Shown here one piece after another: positions 24,849-34,375 of a stretch of 56,960 nucleotides of DNA (position 1 is the first letter of the stretch; each line of letters starts with the position of its first letter). This DNA is from Candidatus Daviesbacteria bacterium. Lineage in GTDB: Bacteria; Patescibacteriota; Microgenomatia; Daviesbacterales; UBA10151. The position numbers and the translations under genes were made by a program. The DNA lies in the NCBI GenBank assembly GCA_030646805.1, contig JAUSKZ010000016.1:1-56960 (forward strand), in the 5' to 3' direction. Under the pieces are notes generated by a model that saw nothing but the letters and a program-made list of their open reading frames with translations, searched no databases and was not told the DNA's origin.

Positions 24849-25451
24849 TTATACCATCTTAAATACTTGAGACCTTCTTTTCATAATGGGGCTAAGCCAA
24901 CTTTCCTCTGGTTGAGAGATCATCTCTACCAGCTTTCTTCTTGATGTTGAGGAATACATCCGGGCACTATTTTCGGCAAGTCCTGTTGCAGCCACCACAT
25001 CCTTAAAATTTCCTCCACCCAGAAAAATTATTTCAAATGTTTTCCTTTCACCGGGACGAAGGGTATCTAGAAGTTTTTGACCCCTTGGTGAGTCAGGGGG
25101 ATTATTTGCAAAAAACTCCTTTACTCGTAACAATCTATCTGCGTTCGGACGTTTTCCACCACTAATCCTTCCCAGAGCCGCAAAATACTCAGAGCCACGT
25201 TCATCACGAAACTTAGCACCACTAATCTTACCCATCGTAACGTATAACTCTCTCCCGTATTTTTCAAAGACTATTTGACCAGCTTTTCTCCCATTCTCTT
25301 TATAAAATTCCTTCCCTTTTCTAGAAGCTAAAACCCCTCCGCCTTTTTTACCAATTTTGGCATAATAATCTGCCCCATATTTTTCCTTAACCTTATTTCC
25401 ACCCCGTTTGCCAGACTCTTGACTTGTGATTGATTTTAATACTTCAGTCAT
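24849..25451 (-). CDS. KGG-repeat (stress-induced repeat) protein fused to a C-terminal sigma-70 region 4/LuxR-like HTH
   Basis: Four to five repeats of about 22 aa: GKRGG..., GKKGG..., GRKAG..., GKISG..., GRISG. C-terminus ERKTFEIIFLGGGNFKDVVAATGLAENSARMYSSTSRRKL. Start taken at the ATG at 25451. The ORF-track start 25505 is TTG. Confidence 0.5.
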   Translation of the reverse strand: MTEVLKSITSQESGKRGGNKVKEKYGADYYAKIGKKGGGVLASRKGKEFYKENGRKAGQIVFEKYGRELYVTMGKISGAKFRDERGSEYFAALGRISGGKRPNADRLLRVKEFFANNPPDSPRGQKLLDTLRPGERKTFEIIFLGGGNFKDVVAATGLAENSARMYSSTSRRKLVEMISQPEESWLSPIMKRRSQVFKMV

Positions 25452-26871
25452 ATCCTTTTTTTTAAAATCCTTTCGTGATACCTTAAATAGAGTGTCGCAC
25501 TTCAAGAAACTTCAGTGTAAACAAAAAGGGTCAGCTCTCGTTTGGATTCTACTTCTCTTTTTAATCTTGTCGATACCCGGATATTTCATAAGCCAAAATT
25601 ATAATATTCTAACTCCCAAAACGCCAGGATTAAGTTTAATCAAAACTGAAGAAAAAATTTTAATAGAACCGATTCCAGGCAGCAAGTATCACAGTCCAGA
25701 TGGGACCTGGTGGGGATATAACCAGAGTAAAATTGCTCGCTTTCAGGATTTAGTTTTTTCATATTATATAGATAACACTGATGACAGTAATCAGACTATC
25801 TCTAACCTAGTCGTCTTAAAAAAAGAAGGTACTAGCGCCTGGGAAGAAGGAGTCAGATTTCCAACCTCCAGACCCGGCAATATTTTGGTTGACAGTCAAG
25901 GCGTCCTTCATGTCTTTGTATTTGAACCAGCCAACGCTCAGATAAACGATTCCAAAGGAAAACTTTTACATTACTTTTTCCCAGACTCCGCCCAGGGAGA
26001 TATTAAAAATTTTAGCCAAGAGTTAGTCGTTGACGGAGACGGCAGTAATGAGACAGTCAATATTCGAGTCGGATCAGCAATTGGCAAAGACGACACTATG
26101 GTTATTTCTTTTGGACTGACTAAATTTAACCCTGCTTACAATGAACAATCAGAACATATTTATTTTAAAAAACCAAATGAGGAAAAATGGAACCACACCT
26201 TTATTGATGGATTACCTCACGATTTTTATTATCCTTATACTTTAGTTACTGAAAATGGTTTCAGTCTTTTACCAATTCAGGATGATTTTAATGATGATGG
26301 AAATTCAAAAACTTATGACAACATTTATCAAAAAATCCCATTATTTTCCTACCTAAATAACAAATGGGGTATGGAAATGTTAGTGGATCTTTCAACTCAT
26401 CCTTTAGCTAAATCTAAACCCAGACTTTTAGAGCAGGAAGATCTCATGGAAGATAAAGATGGAAATATACATATTATTTACAAAGAATTTTTAGATCCTG
26501 ATAATTTATTTGCCAGCAGTGGACACCGGCACTTAATTGGTAAACCTGGAAATTTTAAAACTAAAAAGATTGAACTCGGAAAAGCTGGAGCTAACTGGGT
26601 TAGACTAGTGGAAGTGGACAGTGATTTATATTATTTGATTTCCAGATTTGACTCACTTTATACCTCTCCAGTTGATGATATCAAATTAAATGAAATTAGT
26701 ATTCCAGATGATGCCAAAGGTTTTTATCCATATGTGGCAACTCAAAAAAGCGGACAGGTAAGTTCTGAATATATAGATGTACTACTTTTAGCGTCAGATC
26801 AAAAATTATACCAAGAAGGACTACAAACAAATTATTATATTAGAATCCCAAAATCAGATTTTAAAAAGTAG
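25426..26871 (+). CDS. Hypothetical membrane-anchored/secreted protein, about 460-480 aa
   Basis: Long ORF. The GTG at 25492 would give MSHFKKLQCKQKGSALVWILLLFLILS, a typical signal anchor, and would remove the 5' overlap with the divergent gene. Confidence 0.55.
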   Translation: MIDFNTSVISFFLKSFRDTLNRVSHFKKLQCKQKGSALVWILLLFLILSIPGYFISQNYNILTPKTPGLSLIKTEEKILIEPIPGSKYHSPDGTWWGYNQSKIARFQDLVFSYYIDNTDDSNQTISNLVVLKKEGTSAWEEGVRFPTSRPGNILVDSQGVLHVFVFEPANAQINDSKGKLLHYFFPDSAQGDIKNFSQELVVDGDGSNETVNIRVGSAIGKDDTMVISFGLTKFNPAYNEQSEHIYFKKPNEEKWNHTFIDGLPHDFYYPYTLVTENGFSLLPIQDDFNDDGNSKTYDNIYQKIPLFSYLNNKWGMEMLVDLSTHPLAKSKPRLLEQEDLMEDKDGNIHIIYKEFLDPDNLFASSGHRHLIGKPGNFKTKKIELGKAGANWVRLVEVDSDLYYLISRFDSLYTSPVDDIKLNEISIPDDAKGFYPYVATQKSGQVSSEYIDVLLLASDQKLYQEGLQTNYYIRIPKSDFKK

Positions 26872-26931
26872 CCCATTCATCAAAACTGAGTGTCGGATAT
26901 CTTTCGTAGATAAGCAGAGCTTGTTTTTTCG

Positions 26932-28137
26932 CTAGCGCTCAAAAATTAATGCTTTGCTGGTAAAACCGCTTACCTGCCCAGCAGACTTTCCAGGGAAAGT
27001 TTCAACTTTTAGTTTAGAAGTCTCAATTAATTGTAATAAAACAGTTCCTTGAACTGGTCCCATAATTTCTTGCCCATGGCTCACAGATTGAAGCTCATAT
27101 TTAATTAAACCCTGTTCTACTCCAATAGTTGCTGGATCTGGACTATTACCCTTGATATTAAATTGGGCTGCCTTTCCGTTAAAATTACCTATCGAAAATA
27201 TAATTTTTGAAGGATCTATATAATCATAGGAGATTGATAAATGCCCATCCCAATATCTGCCACCAGAAGTTTTTTGAATATCTTTGGGGCCAGAAAATCC
27301 TCCGCTTCCTTCTCTAAACCAATTACCAACAAGTTTCCCTTCGATATCGTAGGCCACTCTTCCGCTCCTTGGCTCGACAGTTCTGCGGTTCTTAGCTAAA
27401 AGTTGAGATTTAAGAGGTTCCTCAAAATAGGCAAACATATCATCGAGATACGGTCTGTCTCCTTCTTGCTCATAACTTTTTGGGTTGGCAAAATATGCAG
27501 GTTCTTTTGCAAAATTCCAAACAGCAAAATCAACAGTTTGCCCACCAATTCTCCCAACCAGCTCTCCGGCCTTGATAGGAATCCTAACTTGTTTTTGTTC
27601 AAAACCAGTTAACTTTCCAACTTCAGCTTGTAACTTTGGGGATAGAGAGGTTAAAAGATCATAATAAGTATAAAAGGTACAAGAGTGTTCAAAATACATT
27701 TGGTATTCATCGGTAACCCGATCAGTTTTTGTATCTCCAACATTCTCGCCTCGGTGCGAAACATTAACAATAAATCCGTCTGCTATAGCATAAACAGGAT
27801 AAGCATCCCTTTCTGATTGGAAATTAATAGGTGAGATATAACCGTGCGAAGTTGGGATAACGTGGGCATCAACCATAATTCCATACGGTTCAACCTGGCC
27901 AATATCTTCTATCTTCATCGGAAGATGCGTAAACTTCACTGTCCCTTCTCCCTGACATTTTCCTCGCGAATATCTTTGGTTAAAAGGATTGCTCTTACCA
28001 GAGACTTGTTTATTATCAAAAGCTTGAAAGTTTTCTTGAGAGTGATTATTTAAAGAATTTTCTTTAAGTTTTTGAAAACCAAAAAATCCCCCTACTCCCA
28101 CAATAATTACCAAGAGGATAATAAAATATTTCACCAT
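26932..28137 (-). CDS. Hypothetical membrane-anchored protein, possible LytM/M23-like fold
   Basis: N-terminal TM. The segment YPVYAIADGFIVNV...IKAGELVGRIGGQTVDFAVWNF parallels the 16577..17239 protein. Confidence 0.45.
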   Translation of the reverse strand: MVKYFIILLVIIVGVGGFFGFQKLKENSLNNHSQENFQAFDNKQVSGKSNPFNQRYSRGKCQGEGTVKFTHLPMKIEDIGQVEPYGIMVDAHVIPTSHGYISPINFQSERDAYPVYAIADGFIVNVSHRGENVGDTKTDRVTDEYQMYFEHSCTFYTYYDLLTSLSPKLQAEVGKLTGFEQKQVRIPIKAGELVGRIGGQTVDFAVWNFAKEPAYFANPKSYEQEGDRPYLDDMFAYFEEPLKSQLLAKNRRTVEPRSGRVAYDIEGKLVGNWFREGSGGFSGPKDIQKTSGGRYWDGHLSISYDYIDPSKIIFSIGNFNGKAAQFNIKGNSPDPATIGVEQGLIKYELQSVSHGQEIMGPVQGTVLLQLIETSKLKVETFPGKSAGQVSGFTSKALIFER

Positions 28138-28193
28138 ATATCCAGTGTACTCCGTTTTAATAAATTAGGTAATGACTTCTTAAATATCAATTC

Positions 28194-28246
28194 ACCTGGG
28201 CCGTGCGTCGCAAACGCAAAGCCTTTGGCGCGGGATGATTTAGCTT
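28194..28246 (+). repeat. Degenerate copy of the composite GC-rich repeat
   Basis: Shares ACCTGGGCCGTGCGTCGC (18 nt) and GGCGCGGG with 24078-24149. Confidence 0.65.
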
Positions 28247-28265
28247 TAAATAATTACCGGAATTA

Positions 28266-28811
28266 TTAACCTTTGGGATCATACTTTTGCCAACCTACTT
28301 CTTGAAGTCTGCCGTCATCATATCTAACTGTTGCTCGCATCACATCTTTATACCCACTCAGTCTTCGAGCCAAACTTGGATCATTTAGAGATAAAATCCT
28401 AGCTGCAAAAAGGGCTGCATTTTTAGCCCCTGCCACATCTATTCCTAGCGTGGCTAGAGGTGCGCCTTCCGGCATCCTAACCATAGAATATAAAGCATCA
28501 AGCCCATCAAGGATACTCCCTTTTATGGCTACACCTAGTACGGGTATGGAAGTCTCACTAGCAGTCATGCCTGGCAGATGTGCAGAACCTCCAGCGCCAG
28601 CAATAACAACTTTGATGCCCCTGGCTTCCGCCTCCTCGGCATATTCCATCATCCAGTGGGGCGTTCTGTGTGCAGAGACAATTCTAACTTCAAGAGGAAC
28701 CTGTAGTCTTTCTAAAACTTCAGCGGCATTTTTCATGACCTCAAAATCAGACTTTGAACCCATTATTATTCCAACTTGAGGTTTTATTTCTAGAGAGTTT
28801 TCTGCAGCCAT
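28266..28811 (-). CDS. purE: 5-(carboxyamino)imidazole ribonucleotide mutase / AIR carboxylase catalytic subunit PurE
   Basis: VGIIMGSKSD, SAHRTP, AGGSAHLPGM and PVLGV motifs. No other purine biosynthesis gene is visible in the window. Confidence 0.88.
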   Translation of the reverse strand: MAAENSLEIKPQVGIIMGSKSDFEVMKNAAEVLERLQVPLEVRIVSAHRTPHWMMEYAEEAEARGIKVVIAGAGGSAHLPGMTASETSIPVLGVAIKGSILDGLDALYSMVRMPEGAPLATLGIDVAGAKNAALFAARILSLNDPSLARRLSGYKDVMRATVRYDDGRLQEVGWQKYDPKG

Positions 28812-28908
28812 AGCTGCACTGATATTATTCCAATAGTTTTTAAAACACAGGATACCAGATAAGATACATCTTACAATTTTAGAGAAGAAAAAAGAGTTAA
28901 CTAAAGTT

Positions 28909-29211
28909 TTAGTGGGTGGTTTGATTCTTCCAGGCGTCCCCTGAAGGAAACCAGTTACTTGTGGCTGTCTTCCAATTTACTCCTGCCCCTCCACCAATCA
29001 CTCTCCTTGATCCCCTTTCTGGAGTTTCAAGGCGTATAAATCCTTGTTCTTTCGCAAAATCATCAAGGGCTCGTTGATCTGCCCGGTTATCAGCATGAGT
29101 AGATATTACTACTCCCCTTTTCCCCTTTGAATCAACTGCTATTCCTTCAATGTGGAAATGGGGCGTCATTTTTCCCTTATTTTCTACAGCCATTTCAAGA
29201 GAATAAAACAT
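28909..29211 (-). CDS. Hypothetical protein, 100 aa
   Basis: ORF with no recognised motif. Confidence 0.45.
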   Translation of the reverse strand: MFYSLEMAVENKGKMTPHFHIEGIAVDSKGKRGVVISTHADNRADQRALDDFAKEQGFIRLETPERGSRRVIGGGAGVNWKTATSNWFPSGDAWKNQTTH

Positions 29212-29268
29212 ATATCACAAAAAGACAATATATTTCTAAAACTCATATGCTTCTCGCAATGATAAAAT

Positions 29269-29315
29269 CAACCTGCAACCTGGGGGGTTGAATAGCTTGA
29301 CACCTAGGGATTTTT
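29269..29315 (+). repeat. Family A-like shell repeat without the GC-rich insert
   Basis: CAACCTGCAACCTGGGGGGTTGAATAGCTTGACACCTAGGGATTTTT. Compare 24076-24084 plus 24147-24178. Confidence 0.75.
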
Positions 29316-29385
29316 ACCAGAAGTAAGAGTGAGGTATAATTTATGGAATGGACTCAAAAGTTGTTAATTATTTTAAAAAATAGTT

Positions 29386-31059
29386 TCATTTCAAAATGAT
29401 TTGGCAACGCTGATTTAAAGAGCTAAAAACTTTATCCTTTTCCAGCCGCGCCAAGCATTTGAATTTAGGATTGGTTTTATAAATTGTGACCGATCTTATA
29501 TCCAAGGGTGATCTAAAAATCACTATCTCCTCCAATCCATTTTCCTCAACTTTAAAACGGGAAATAGTTTGCTCGTCACCAGCGAGATATACCTCCTCAA
29601 AAGTATCCACCTCCCAATTGATTTGTCGAATTTGTAAGTTCTTAATATTATGTTCCGTTTTTAAAGTTAAATCTGTATAGTAGTTCTCTAAATTAAAGTT
29701 TAAACTTTTTTCAAACTCGCGCGGATCATATTGATAAATATACAAAGCCACACCGTAGGAAAGGGGTTCTGATAAACTAACGATGAATTTTTTATCTGAA
29801 CGATCTTTGGTGTACTTAAAAAGATCATTAATAAATCCACTATGATCAATATTTCTTTCATATTTTAAAAGATGAAAATAATTAGTGTAAAGTGGGATTA
29901 AACTCATAATTAAAACTACTCCAATAATAGCAGGCCAGAATTTTTTAAACTGAGAGAGCTTAGTTAATCCTTGTGAAATTAATATTGAGACAGTCCATAA
30001 AAATGGCAGGACACGAAGCTCATACAAATTATCTCGGGTTAAAGCAGCAGGGATTAAACTTATTAGTCCCAGTAAAATAAAAAATAATCTGATTTTCGTA
30101 ACTCTTTCTCGAATCAAGAAATATAACCCAACGATAAACGGAACGCACATCCATTGGTAAAAAACAGCCATCTCAGGAATCCCTCGAACGAGAGTTGGAT
30201 CAGTATCAAAAAAAAGACTCTTCAAAGATAAGTAATCAAGATATTTACCAAAAAATTCCAAGATTATAAATTGATAGTGTCCCAAAAATTGACTTCGTAA
30301 CTCCCCCCCATTTGCTTGAAAAAAATCCGTCGAAAAATACTCAAGTGACTTAAATCTTTCTAAACTCCCCGGGGTATTTAAAAGTAATATTTGTGGAATC
30401 AGTATCAAGATAAAACAAGCAATCCCTAGAAAAGTCACTTTTTTTAAAGATATTGAAAGCTGACGATAGAAAATTAAAATAAGTAAAAATAAAGTTCCAA
30501 ATGATATCAGCCGATACGCATGATATCCAAAATTTGTAAGTGCCAAAAGAATAATTCCTAAGATAAGCCAAAGCCCTCTTTTTTTAAACAAACCCTTAAA
30601 AATTAGGTACAGACTAGTAGTAAAAATCGCGAGACCCAGATTAGCTTCCATAGCACCCCGGCTAAAAAATACCGCCCAAGGAGAGACCGTCAAAATTAAA
30701 GTAGTATAAAATCTAAATTTAAATTCGGGATTTAAAATTTTGATTAAAAAGTAAGTCGAGAGAATTATAACCATCCCAGAAAGTATCGAAACCAAACGAA
30801 TTGAGACAGGTGTAAGCCCCAAGATTTTTACAGACACTGCAGTTAAATAAATATAAATTGGTGATTGAAAATTAGCATACGACCGAAAGAAAACCGGCCA
30901 CGGCTCCCCATATTGATCTTTTGATCTAATAGATAAAGAGTAGGCGTCATATCCAATCGAGGCCTCATCTAAATAAACAGGCGGGGTTTCAGAAATATTA
31001 ACTATCCTTAAAAAGACAGCCAAAAAGAGTACTAAACCGATCAGTAAAATTTTTAACAT
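29386..31059 (-). CDS. GT-C fold glycosyltransferase (ArnT/PMT family 39-like), polytopic membrane protein
   Basis: About 12 TM helices. N-terminal loop YLDEASIGYDAYSL is typical of the ArnT/PMT_2 family. Confidence 0.65.
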   Translation of the reverse strand: MLKILLIGLVLFLAVFLRIVNISETPPVYLDEASIGYDAYSLSIRSKDQYGEPWPVFFRSYANFQSPIYIYLTAVSVKILGLTPVSIRLVSILSGMVIILSTYFLIKILNPEFKFRFYTTLILTVSPWAVFFSRGAMEANLGLAIFTTSLYLIFKGLFKKRGLWLILGIILLALTNFGYHAYRLISFGTLFLLILIFYRQLSISLKKVTFLGIACFILILIPQILLLNTPGSLERFKSLEYFSTDFFQANGGELRSQFLGHYQFIILEFFGKYLDYLSLKSLFFDTDPTLVRGIPEMAVFYQWMCVPFIVGLYFLIRERVTKIRLFFILLGLISLIPAALTRDNLYELRVLPFLWTVSILISQGLTKLSQFKKFWPAIIGVVLIMSLIPLYTNYFHLLKYERNIDHSGFINDLFKYTKDRSDKKFIVSLSEPLSYGVALYIYQYDPREFEKSLNFNLENYYTDLTLKTEHNIKNLQIRQINWEVDTFEEVYLAGDEQTISRFKVEENGLEEIVIFRSPLDIRSVTIYKTNPKFKCLARLEKDKVFSSLNQRCQIILK

Positions 31060-31718
31060 ATTTTCCTTGCAAGCAAGATAAAATAAACAATTGACTTAAA
31101 TACTCCAAGACTTATAACTCCTGTTATTAACGGATAAATAGGCAAAGGACCAAGAGTAAAACTTGGATCTGAAACAGCAACCAACAACAAAACTAAAACT
31201 GAAGTCAGCAAAAATAATTTAAGCCCACGTTTTATAATAAGAATCAGTCCGATAATCAAAAACGGCAAAAGGTATGGTTGGAATTTAGGAAAGTCTAAAG
31301 CAAAATCCCGATACCTTGGCCGGCCCGCAAAAAAGAACTGATTAAAATCTAAGTTAGTAAATAAATTACGGTTATATTTATATAAAGTCAGCGTACTTTC
31401 ACTAAATAAAATTTTGGCGGCTTTAGGATAAAAATAATTTTGTCTCTCTTTTAAAGCTAGCCTTTCAAGCGGTGAAACAGTTACTAATTTCTTATCAAAG
31501 TGATTTACCCCAAACCAAAGGGAAAATAAAACTAAAAGAAAACTGCTTAAAAACAATATCTTTTTAAAATTAAAAGTTAAGCCAAGAGCCACTCCTAAAC
31601 TTAAAATGATAATTATCCCTGAAAAAATTACCTCTTCCGTCAATCTTTTAAAAAACGGAGATGAGACAGTTAGAAAAACTGTTAAGAGAAATAAAAAGAT
31701 TTGGCTAATGGATTTCAT
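31053..31718 (-). CDS. Hypothetical integral membrane protein
   Basis: Multiple TM helices. Overlaps both neighbouring genes. Confidence 0.55.
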   Translation of the reverse strand: MKSISQIFLFLLTVFLTVSSPFFKRLTEEVIFSGIIIILSLGVALGLTFNFKKILFLSSFLLVLFSLWFGVNHFDKKLVTVSPLERLALKERQNYFYPKAAKILFSESTLTLYKYNRNLFTNLDFNQFFFAGRPRYRDFALDFPKFQPYLLPFLIIGLILIIKRGLKLFLLTSVLVLLLVAVSDPSFTLGPLPIYPLITGVISLGVFKSIVYFILLARKIC

Positions 31719-34368
31719 GCAATAAAGTTTTAGTCCTAAAACTGTACTCTTTTAAAATATCGTAAATGATGACCAGCAGTAATGCTGGGATAATCACAAT
31801 TATCCAGTCCAAAGGCTTGAGCGCAACTGTCTCAAAAGCGATGTTAGCTTTGGTATAAAGAATAATTAAGGTTGCAAGAATTGAGATGATTGAAGCCACA
31901 AAAAGATATTTATTAACAAGTAACGATCTGTTAAAAACTTTATTCCTAAAGGATCTGAAGTTAAAAGCACTGACAATTTCTACGATAATTAAAGTAACCA
32001 AAGCTTGGGTCCGGGCTATCTCTATAGTTTGACCCAAAAGATTAAACGAAACAAAATAAACAGCCAGGGTTGAGATTCCCATCAGCAAACCATTAAACCA
32101 AATTAAAACCATTAAGGGTTTATTTAAAATATCGGCTTTTTGGCGAGGTTTTTCCCGCATAATATCAGGAGAGGTGGGATTAAATCCTAAGGTTATCGCT
32201 GGAAGTTCATCAGTCACAAGATTCATAAATAAAATATGCAGGGCCAAAAGTAATGGCACCGGCCAACCAAAAAACGGAGCAAGCAGCACTCCAATAAATA
32301 AAATAAATAATTCGGCAAAATTACAGGATAGTTGGTAACTGACAAACTTTCTGATGTTATTAAAAATTCCCCTACCTTCTTTGATAGCTAAAACAATGGT
32401 CGCAAAGTTGTCATCTTTTAAAGTCAAGTCAGCAACAGACCTGGAGACATCGGTGCCATTTTTCCCCATCGCTACCCCAATATGGGCTTCTTTTAAAGCC
32501 GGAGCATCGTTTACTCCATCACCAGTCATCGTCACAATCTCTCCCAAATTTTTCAGAAGTTTAACGATCCGAAGTTTGTGTTCTGGTCTAACCCGGGCAA
32601 ATATTACTACTCGAGGCAAAATAGCCGAAAATTCCTCATCAGTTAACTTATCTATCTCTTCACCTTCTATCACTTTTCCAGTTAAACCAATCTGCTGACC
32701 TATTGAAACTGCCGTCTCTTTATGATCCCCAGTTATCATCTTAACCTTTATTCCGGCGCTCTCACAAAGTAGCAGGGCCTCTGCTACTTCCTCCCGCGGT
32801 GGATCTTCCAGTCCCAGTAGCCCCAAAAAAATCAAACCATCTTCCCTATATTCTCGTCTTTCGTTTGCTTCTTCTTTAAAAGCAATGGCCAAGCTCCGGT
32901 ACGCTTGTTGGGTTAGGGAACTCGTGGCAAGAAGTATTTGTTTTTTTTCTTCACTCGATAACTTTATAACTTTACCGTTTCTCAAACAGAAGGTACACTT
33001 TTCCAAGATGACCTCTGGCGCGCCTTTAGCAAAAATTTGGAATCCTTTGTTAGATTTTATAAGTACCGACATCATCTTCCGAGCCGAGCTAAACGGCATT
33101 TCGGAAATTCTTTCTCCTAGGTTCTCCGAAAAAATCTCAGCTTTCGCTCCTAAAACCTTAAGGGCTCCCTCAGTCGGAGTTCCGATAATCTTATACTCCA
33201 TATCTTCCCCAGTTCTTTCAATTCTTGAATCATTACATAAAACCGCAGATTGAAGTAGTAAATTAAGATCGTAGTTTTTTAGTGGATCTACAATCTCATT
33301 TTTAAAAAGAAATTGACCTTTTCCCTCAAAACCGGATCCAGAGACTTCCAAAAAATTATCTCCCAGAAAAACTTTTTTAACTGTCATCTCACCCCGGGTT
33401 AAGGTTCCGGTTTTATCACAACAGATCACAGTAGTTTCCCCCAAAGTCTCAATAATTGACATCCTGTTTACTATGGCATTTTGTTTGGCCATATTAGCAG
33501 CACCTGTAGCCAAAGATGTTATTAAAACTACTGGAAAACCTTCCGGAAAAGCCGAGACCGCCAAGGCAATCACCAAAATTAAAATATTAATAAGAACTTC
33601 GATGTTTAAACTTTCAGCCCTGGCCATCATCAAAGCTCCAGTCAGTATCGCGATAACAATTGCAATCACCGACATATATTTTGAGATTTTATTGATCTTA
33701 TCCTGCAGGGGTAATTCTTTCTCAGCTGTCGTGATCAGTGAGGCGATTTTTCCAAATCGGGTATTCATTCCAGTATGTAAAACTTTCACCCGAGCCCGTC
33801 CAGAAACTAAAAACGTTCCCATAAGCAGCAAGTTCTCTTCTAAATACTCACCCGCCTCGTATGATTTCTTTTTAACCTCTTTGGCTTCACCAGTTAAAGT
33901 CGACTCATCCACTCTAACCTCCACCCCAGAAACTAGTAAACAATCCGCCGGAATTCTTTCGCCACTTCCGAGTATCACAAGATCCCCAGGAACTAAAAAC
34001 TCAGTCGGAACCTCCATCTCTTTACCGCTTCGAATCACAATTGAAGTTGGCATCAGCATTTTTTTAAGCGAACTAATTGCTTTTTCTGCCCGATACTCTT
34101 GAATAAATCCCACAGTTATAACCAAAAAAATTACCGCTGAAATTACATAAGCCGTTAAATCTTTGCCGACTATGAATGAAATTATGACTGATACAAAAAG
34201 CAGATAAATTATGAAGTTTTTCTTTACTTGACGTAGCAAAATCTGAAGTAAAGAAGAACGGCTATTATCTAAGATCTCGTTTTTACCAAATTTTGTGAGT
34301 AAAGATCCGGCTTCCTCCGAAGTTAAACCAAAAGAGGAAGAGTTTAAAACTACGCTTGAATCATTCAT
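31705..34368 (-). CDS. P-type cation-transporting ATPase, P2 (Ca2+/Mg2+-type)
   Basis: CDKTGTLT phosphorylation site, PEGFP in TM4, TGDHKETA and TGDGVNDAPALK. Confidence 0.9.
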   Translation of the reverse strand: MNDSSVVLNSSSFGLTSEEAGSLLTKFGKNEILDNSRSSLLQILLRQVKKNFIIYLLFVSVIISFIVGKDLTAYVISAVIFLVITVGFIQEYRAEKAISSLKKMLMPTSIVIRSGKEMEVPTEFLVPGDLVILGSGERIPADCLLVSGVEVRVDESTLTGEAKEVKKKSYEAGEYLEENLLLMGTFLVSGRARVKVLHTGMNTRFGKIASLITTAEKELPLQDKINKISKYMSVIAIVIAILTGALMMARAESLNIEVLINILILVIALAVSAFPEGFPVVLITSLATGAANMAKQNAIVNRMSIIETLGETTVICCDKTGTLTRGEMTVKKVFLGDNFLEVSGSGFEGKGQFLFKNEIVDPLKNYDLNLLLQSAVLCNDSRIERTGEDMEYKIIGTPTEGALKVLGAKAEIFSENLGERISEMPFSSARKMMSVLIKSNKGFQIFAKGAPEVILEKCTFCLRNGKVIKLSSEEKKQILLATSSLTQQAYRSLAIAFKEEANERREYREDGLIFLGLLGLEDPPREEVAEALLLCESAGIKVKMITGDHKETAVSIGQQIGLTGKVIEGEEIDKLTDEEFSAILPRVVIFARVRPEHKLRIVKLLKNLGEIVTMTGDGVNDAPALKEAHIGVAMGKNGTDVSRSVADLTLKDDNFATIVLAIKEGRGIFNNIRKFVSYQLSCNFAELFILFIGVLLAPFFGWPVPLLLALHILFMNLVTDELPAITLGFNPTSPDIMREKPRQKADILNKPLMVLIWFNGLLMGISTLAVYFVSFNLLGQTIEIARTQALVTLIIVEIVSAFNFRSFRNKVFNRSLLVNKYLFVASIISILATLIILYTKANIAFETVALKPLDWIIVIIPALLLVIIYDILKEYSFRTKTLLHEIH

Positions 34369-34375
34369 TAAAAAA

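Noticed and set aside
29343-29399. 18-codon plus-strand ORF (MEWTQKLLIILKNSFISK) after a TATAAT-like box.
   Set aside because: Too short, with no SD. It overlaps the 3' end of the glycosyltransferase gene on the opposite strand.
33473-34102. 209-aa plus-strand ORF, with similar antisense ORFs at 32354-32698, 32885-33253, 28450-28779, 20066-20359, 14971-15228, 7627-7956, 1670-1924, 46851-47213, 51159-51419 and 52622-52891.
   Set aside because: All lie entirely inside well-supported minus-strand genes with clear family motifs. Their products are low-complexity Ser/Pro/Ala/Ile-rich strings with no motifs. These are typical shadow ORFs.
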